Below are positions 57,424 to 64,000 of a stretch of 64,000 bases of DNA, one piece after another. The DNA is from Trichinella spiralis (taxonomy: Eukaryota). The stretch covers positions 22,440 through 86,439 of the forward strand of contig NW_003526940.1 in assembly GCF_000181795.1 (NCBI RefSeq), given 5' to 3'. A model generated the notes under the pieces. That model searched no databases, was not told where the DNA came from, and worked only from the letters and a program-made list of their open reading frames with translations. Both the position numbers and the translations under genes were made by a program. Position 1 is the stretch's first letter. Each line of letters opens with the position of its first letter.

Positions 57424-58026
57424 TTACATTTGTAGTGTATTGTCAATTTCTATTTGACAAATATAATTTTTTAAACTTCTACAACTGTGCAAGCAAACAT
57501 ATCCGCCAATGATGTTATCCACCCGACGAAAAGCTGCGCATTCAATGTCTGAAGAATTTTTACCATCTTCTTTCAATGCTAATCGTTTGGGCCATAAATA
57601 AAGTCTAAAACAAAGCTGAAATGGCTGAAACAAAAATTGCTTGCAATCTTACCTCTGTACTGGGTCAAGCCTGGGATTGTTTATCCAAACGGGATTTTTT
57701 CTCAAAGTGGTATCAATCCAAAATTCTTTCGAATGAGGTATAGTAAGAACAATTTTTCCCTGTAGAAAAATTCCATATTTTTCGTTCGAAATTTTTTTTT
57801 AATAACTCACAAATTCACTAACAGACGGAGGGAAAAATAGCTCAGCATTCAGCTTGGCGCATTCTTGTTCTGCATGCTGGAATGTTCTTTTCTGGGTAAC
57901 AATTTTATAACAGAAATTGTTGAAATATATCCAACTTTCATCGGGACAGTTTTGCAAATTTTCTTCGGCCAAAGTTGAAATTGCAGCCGACAAAGTCAGC
58001 AGCAAAATCAACAATTTTGCATGCAT
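57424..58026 (-). CDS. Secreted C-type lectin domain protein B (3 exons)
   Basis: Signal peptide MHAKLLILLLTLSAAISTLA, CPDESWIYFNNFCY...FQHAEQECAKLNAEL, FWID, C...SC...NYICQ. Exons approx. 58026-57811, 57759-57653, 57604-57424. Confidence 0.87.
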
Positions 58027-59023
58027 GTTGGCCTCAATCTGAAAAATTCATTTAATCTTAAATTGATTAAATCAATGTATGCAAAATTTGCATAAAATGT
58101 TAATTATTATTATTATCTGTCCAAAAAGAAATGTACTTTTCAGTGGCAGTGTTGTTCACTGTTTATGAAGTTGTGTATGCAGAACAATTAGCGCAGTCTA
58201 AAATTACAAAATTTTAAATTATAGCTTTTATTTTGTATTAAAAAAAATCCTGCCGAATGCAGCGCAGAAATGAAAAACAGTGTTGTCCAGTTCTTGTTCT
58301 CTTTAAATTTGGTTTTGCAATGAAAGATTTCATGATAGTAATGAGAAATTTCACTACATCTAACCTAATTTAAGTAATTTAGTAAAAGCGATGAAACATC
58401 TCTTCAATCAAATTAAACTTTATTTTTACTTTTTACATAAAAGATGCTAATAATATGTATTTTCCATTTTGATATAAGAAAAAAATTTTGTTTGCATCAA
58501 TAATTGCAAATTTACAAATAGTTTTTTATTGCTTTGCTAATTTTACAATGCAGCATCACTTGTTTATTTCAATTATATGTTTTTTTTAAATTTTCAATGT
58601 ATTTTTTATTAATGGCAGTAAAGTAGAAGGAAAATTTAAAATTGCTTATTTTTTTCCAACAATTTGTTGCATTTCTATATTTTTAGGGTGTGTTTGGCCA
58701 GTGATTACAAATCAAAACAGGTCAGACATTGTATTTAGCCTATGTTTTGCATTTAATTTTCTTTTGAAGCATGAAATTTTTTATGAACAAATTTAACTAT
58801 TGAAAATTGATTACATCTATTTTGCAGCACTACGAAGAACCGTGGAACAAAAGTTAATGTTTTTGATTTGTTTTGCTATTTGATTTTGCTTTTCACTAGA
58901 AAAGATTTATTTATTTATTTATTTTAATTTATTAATTGATTTTGAAAAATTAACTATAAAAAATTATATAAAGTGTAATATTAAAATTATTTTTAAAAAA
59001 TACTTTTAAATATAATCAAAGAA

Positions 59024-59980
59024 TTATCGACGTTTCACGTGATAGACTGGGACAATTCCGCGACCAAGTCTAGCTTTTCTTTTTCCTTTCCAAGTACGAC
59101 GAATCTTCGGCTTCTTCGACTGAAACTTCTTTTTACTTTTGGGATCATTACCCTCAGTATCTGTGGAACTGTACCGTCTTCGGGGTCTTGCGGGTCTGCA
59201 ACGAATTGCTCCACGATCTGGGGAATTGAGTTTCACGTAAAATCTTTTCGATGAACTGCGCCTCGTTGCAGTTCGACGCCAAGCTTGACTGTTTGACCGT
59301 TTCATGCTTTTTCTACGTTTCGATTGACGAGATGATGATGATAATGATGATGATGATGACGATGATGATGATGATATTCGAAACAAACGCCACAATGGTT
59401 GAAAACAATTTTGGCAATAAACTTCAGGAGACAATTCTACAGGATTTAATCGGCCAATTCTGGAAGAAGAACGTTGTCGATTTAAATTTGATCTGCTTCT
59501 TGTTCTTCTTCCTTTTCCGCTTCTTTTACTTTTCGGTGAACGGGATCTATCACTTCTTCTTCCTCTGGAATAACTCCTGGAACGGGAATGTCGTCGATTT
59601 ACACGAGATCTGCTTCTTGATGTTGATCTCCTGTTACTACCACTTCTTCGACGTTTCCGTGTAACAGACTCATCACCTGTGCCCCTGGAATAACTTCGAG
59701 AACGTGATCGTCGTCTATTCATATAAGATCTGCTTTTTGAAGCTGATCTTCGTCTTCCTGTTCTTCCAGTTCTCTTATCTTTTGGCGAATGGGAAGTTTC
59801 ACGACTATCTCTGGAATAGCTTCTTGAACGGGAAGAACGTTGTCGATTTACACGAGATCTGCTTCTTTTTGATCTGCTTCCCCTTTCGCTTTGACTTTTC
59901 GACGAACGGACTACATCACTTCTATCTCTGGAATATCGTCGAGAACGCGAGCGAGACCCAGAACGAGAACGTGCTGCCAT
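59024..59980 (-). CDS. Intronless Arg/Ser-rich basic protein, family member 2 (~318 aa from MAARSRS)
   Basis: Four 39-42-aa RS repeats, YCQNCFQPL motif, poly-Ser encoded by a (GAT)n tract at ~59331-59374, and a basic tail. Start context TCAAGCATG is shared with the paralogs. Confidence 0.82.
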   Translation of the reverse strand: MAARSRSGSRSRSRRYSRDRSDVVRSSKSQSERGSRSKRSRSRVNRQRSSRSRSYSRDSRETSHSPKDKRTGRTGRRRSASKSRSYMNRRRSRSRSYSRGTGDESVTRKRRRSGSNRRSTSRSRSRVNRRHSRSRSYSRGRRSDRSRSPKSKRSGKGRRTRSRSNLNRQRSSSRIGRLNPVELSPEVYCQNCFQPLWRLFRISSSSSSSSSSLSSSSRQSKRRKSMKRSNSQAWRRTATRRSSSKRFYVKLNSPDRGAIRCRPARPRRRYSSTDTEGNDPKSKKKFQSKKPKIRRTWKGKRKARLGRGIVPVYHVKRR

Positions 59981-59995
59981 GCTTGATATGCATGT

Positions 59996-60218
59996 ACTGA
60001 TCAACTTTAGTGTTTTCTCTTCTTTTATAAACACAGTTCATTTTAAAGTTTAAACAAATTAACCTTTCATTTTAAAGTAATTTGTTTAAACAAAATTAAA
60101 TACTTCCTGTGGTGGGTTTACTCGTTAGCTCGATTTTGATTGGTCGTTGGTTTTAGCTATTGTATTGGCTATTTTACAGTGTTCTATGATTTGTAGATGG
60201 TTGTTTACTGAATCTTGG
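59996..60218 (-). promoter_or_regulatory. Candidate promoter of RS gene 2: Inr, TATA, GTTTAAAC motifs, CCAAT array
   Basis: On the - strand: TCAGT (60000-59996), with TATAAAAG starting 60029, about 31 nt upstream. GTTTAAAC at 60048 and 60084. ATTGG 60139, ATTGG 60164, ATTTG 60189, CTTGG 60214 (25-bp period). Confidence 0.6.
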
Positions 60219-62455
60219 CGTAATATGACTATAAACAAGGAAGTAGATAAATAAATAAGTAAATGAATGAATAAAGCATTCATTGACTATTTTGCATCGA
60301 TCTGTGATTGACGAATGAGTTTCACTCTTTTTCTAAAATTATTTTTCTACTAATTTTTTATTTTACACTCTGATGGATTCTTGGGGTGGAATCCACTTCA
60401 AATCAGAAAAACAGCGAACGACGTTGAATTTTTATGAAATTTGTTTCAGCAGATAGTACTTTGCCAATTTTATATGTTTGAATCAAAAAAATAATTAATT
60501 TTAATAATTATTTGTTTACTAATTTTTAATTTATTTTAATTTTTTTAATTTAATTATTAATTTACTAATTTTTGTAATATTTCCCAAGAAAACGATAGTT
60601 TCCAATGGAGTACGCTATCTTACATTTTTTTAAACTAAAATGAGGTTTTTGTGGGCCTCAAACGAGCATCTTTTTGTGAGTTTGCTCTAAAGTTTCACAT
60701 ACACATATGGACTACTGTAATACAGCTATAACTATGATCTTAAAGTACAATATAACTAGCATACGATAATTATAGTATTTATTCTTTAACCGTTATCCTG
60801 TGAGACTTTTCTTTTTGCATTATATGTTCAATTACATAAACAAATAAATTGTTTTGCCTGTATTACCAGAAACGCAAATGAGCGCTAATTTTTTTAACAG
60901 ACTGTTCAGCTGGATTAGCTAGTTTTGACGTTTGATCTGGCTTCTAGTTTTGAATTTAGGGTGTCCTTGTTTTGGAGGCTGCGCTGTTCTTGTTGCTTTC
61001 CAAGCTAGCGCTCTGTGCTGTGTAGCAAGTTATTTTTTAGGTTTAACAATCATATTCAATGTTTCATACGTGTGGTGGATGTTAATGATGCTTTAAGTTG
61101 AACGCTTGCGTGATGAATATCTTCCCTGTTCAGCTTGTGCGCAATTGCGTCAATTGACCAGTCCCCACATTATATACTCTGGTTTTACCAGGGAGCAGTT
61201 TTTCTGTCAGCACTTTTCTTGTTATTACTGAGCGTCCTAATACCGGCTCTCCTTTTAGCTAAATCAGTCGGCAGCTTTTGGCGTTTTTCAGAAGTTGACT
61301 TTTGATGATGATTTTGAGCGTCTTTTCTGCGATGCCAAGCAATAATGTTTCGTGTCTTTGAATGGTTTGTTGTCGCCATTGATTTTCAAATGCGCTTCCA
61401 TCACCCGTCGTAAACTTCTTTTAAATCACAATCTCATGATGAAGCCATGCACCATTTACATGGGTGATTGCCCAATGTTGTAAAGAAACTCTTCTTTGAT
61501 AATTTTCATTGCTCTTGCTTTTTTAATTATGAAATTTGCAGCAATATGAATTTCATCAGTTACAGTGCCGCTACAATTCTGATAAGGAGTGCTGTTCGTT
61601 GTTTATAATTTAGATTCCTTCATATTCATATTTAATTTTGAATTAATTTTTTATTTAACATTATGAAAATTTAAATTATCTTATTTCAGGAGAATTTAAA
61701 GTTATAGTGGTGATGTAACTCTCGCCTGACCATTAACACTGCTTTATTGTCTGACATAGCAACGAAGCGTTTTTATTCAATAATTCTAACAAGCTAATTC
61801 CGTTGTCCCGAACTTTTGTTTTCAACTTGAATTTTATATATACTATCTTCGTATTTAGTGCTAGCTACCTGTTTCAACTTCCGCGTATTTCTCCGTGGCA
61901 TTGTGTTGCTGTGAGATAAGCATATTCTACCTAAATGGCGCCGCTGTTGTAATATGGGTCAACCAAGAAGTATCCAACTTTGCACTGTAGTCATACTAAT
62001 AAATAGGCAAATTTTCAAAATTTTCATAACAAGTTATTTATTATTTAAAAAAATATTTACATTTGAACATCATCTTGCAAAAGAGAATATATGAAGAACT
62101 GAAGTATTTATCATAAAGGAAAAAAATTACTTTCATAACGTTAACCGCACTGCAGCTAAATAACAAAATTCTTCCTCATGTTCATTTTTCATTAAAAAAT
62201 GTATTAATTTTATTTATCAGATGTAATTTTTTTCAAATACAAACAGAAAATTTCGAATTTCATGAAGCCTTTATTTGAAACCAATTACATGAAGCAAACA
62301 AAATAAAAAAATATTTTATTTATTTATATTAATTTTTGTAAGCACATTAATTTGTATCAACTGTTAAAAATGTAAAATAATAAAATGTGAATTTAAAAAA
62401 CGTGAAAATTATTTTTAAATGATTAATAAAGTGTTTTGGAATACGGTAATGATTA

Positions 62456-63454
62456 TTAATCATGCTGATGACTGAATGAAACAGATCCATATCCAGATTT
62501 AGTCTTTTTCTTCTTGTGCTTTCTATTTTTCTTACGATTTTTGGAATGATGTTTCTTTTTAACTTTGTGATCTGAATCATCGCTGTTAGTAAAGGTGTAA
62601 AATTTTGGCGATCTCTCATCTTTGACATCAGAGGTATGGAGAGAAATTTGCGACGAACTGCCATCACTACTAGCTTGAGTTAATGGTTGAGGTTGATCGT
62701 TCGACGGACTGAGATTTTCAGGTTTGATTATTGATTGACGATGTGATCTTTTTTCATACAGACGTTGCAAAACTTTTGAACAATTTTTGCAATAATTCCC
62801 CGGTATAGAATCTAAGGTGTACAGTCCATGATTTCTGGAAGAAGAATGTTTACGAATGATATTCATTAGCCTTCTTTTTATTATTGCTTTTTCTCTTCTT
62901 CCTCTTTCATAATCTTTCGACAAACGGAATCCTTCAAATTTATCTCTAGGGTAACTTTGAGAACGACTTGTATAATATCTGTTCCTTGTTGCTTTCCTCC
63001 TGCTTCGATCTTTTGACAATCGGGATTTGTGACTTCGATCTTTGGAATAGTTTCTAGAATGTGAACGTCGTCGCCGATTTACATGAAATCTGCTTCGTTC
63101 TCTTGATTTTCTTTCTCTAAAGCTTCGTCGACTTTTCGGTGAACGGTCAACAAAACTACTTCCTCTGGAATAGTTTCTGGAACGGGAACGTCGTCGACTT
63201 ACACGAGATCTCCTTCTACGTCTTGATCTGCTTCGTCTTTCACTTTTCCAACCCCTCGTCGAACGGTATACTTCACTTCCATCTCTAGAATACCAGTTTC
63301 TAGAATGTGAACGTCGACTTGTTGCTGATCTTCTTCTTCGATTTCTACTTCTTCGACTTCTCGGTGAATGCGATGCATCAGCATTACCTTTGGAATAGCT
63401 TCGGGAACGTGATCGAGAACGAGTGCGAGAACGAAAACGAGCACGTCTTGCCAT
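62456..63454 (-). CDS. Intronless Arg/Ser-rich basic protein, family member 3 (332 aa)
   Basis: Five RS repeat units, YCKNCSKVL motif, KFYTFTNSDDSDHKVKKK, Lys-rich tail. C-terminal third and 3' flank align with 26461-27264. Confidence 0.82.
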   Translation of the reverse strand: MARRARFRSRTRSRSRSRSYSKGNADASHSPRSRRSRNRRRRSATSRRSHSRNWYSRDGSEVYRSTRGWKSERRSRSRRRRRSRVSRRRSRSRNYSRGSSFVDRSPKSRRSFRERKSRERSRFHVNRRRRSHSRNYSKDRSHKSRLSKDRSRRKATRNRYYTSRSQSYPRDKFEGFRLSKDYERGRREKAIIKRRLMNIIRKHSSSRNHGLYTLDSIPGNYCKNCSKVLQRLYEKRSHRQSIIKPENLSPSNDQPQPLTQASSDGSSSQISLHTSDVKDERSPKFYTFTNSDDSDHKVKKKHHSKNRKKNRKHKKKKTKSGYGSVSFSHQHD

Positions 63455-63468
63455 GCTTGAAACGGACC

Positions 63469-63915
63469 AACTGAATTATTTCATATTCTTCCATTATTAT
63501 AAATATGCTGAAGTTTAAACAAAACATTTAAAGTTTAATGCTGAAGTTTAAACAAAACGTTTAAATTAATTTGTTTAAACATAAAGGAAATTTTAAACTA
63601 GTTGTTATGAATAGACAAAATTTCTAGAAATTAAGGAAAATGCTGAAATATTTGAATTGTGAAACAAACTGAAATTTAAGGAAAAGAGATGCAATGCAAT
63701 TTAAGGAAATAAAAATTTCATAATTGCACATCAGAAGTTTGTCTCAGGAAAGGTTTTATTGAAAAATAGAAAATGAATGTCTATATAAGATAAATTATTC
63801 GTAGAAAAAAATTAAAATTTATTAAACTGTCACACGTAAGAACAGATCAACGCTAAATAGCTAATGAAATAGTATAAATCACCATCCAATTAGAAATCAA
63901 AATGTAATAGCCAAT
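63469..63915 (-). promoter_or_regulatory. Candidate promoter of RS gene 3
   Basis: On the - strand: TCAGTT (63474-63469), with TATAATAA starting 63501, about 29 nt upstream. GTTTAAAC at 63513, 63546 and 63573. CTAAT/CCAAT/CCAAT at 63861/63886/63911 (25-bp period). Confidence 0.55.
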
Positions 63916-64000
63916 CAGTGAACAAAGAGGAGGATAGAATCGAGCGAACAAAAGAAGAGCATTCCGTAGCACAATTTTCATCTAAAAATGATATGCAATA

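Noticed and set aside
59251..60000. Plus-strand ORFs including a poly-Met stretch
   Set aside because: Antisense reading of RS gene 2 and its (GAT)n tract.
59981..60034. N-terminal extension MFIKEEKTLKLISTCISS of the RS gene 2 ORF
   Set aside because: Begins at a non-ATG codon and overlaps the TATA/Inr region. Paralogs start at the TCAAGCATG ATG.

Overview
AT-rich eukaryotic genomic DNA with short (about 45-70 bp) GT-AG introns and TTTCAG-like acceptors. It is most consistent with a nematode, probably a clade I parasite such as Trichinella (inference from composition and gene structure, not a database hit). Conserved spliced genes: RNPS1-like (+), Nup85-like (-), MADD/aex-3 (-), DDX42 (+), netrin/unc-6 (+) and mitochondrial AsnRS (-). 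Also present are two paralogous secreted C-type lectin genes (-) and an intronless REEP/YOP1-family gene (+). Transposon relics: a Buster-type hAT deletion derivative with intact TIRs and 8-bp TSD, a decayed piggyBac, a Tigger/pogo transposase relic with related MITEs, and Gypsy gag/pol fragments. There are two 10-N gaps. The most unusual system is a three-member family of intronless, extremely Arg/Ser-rich genes (26461-27264, 59024-59980, 62456-63454). They share ~40-aa RS repeats, a YCxxC motif, a Lys-rich tail and the start context TCAAGCATG. Two copies have TATA+Inr promoters with GTTTAAAC palindromes, and all three lie near CCAAT arrays with 24-26 bp periodicity. This is a candidate lineage-specific protamine-like/sperm chromatin gene battery.
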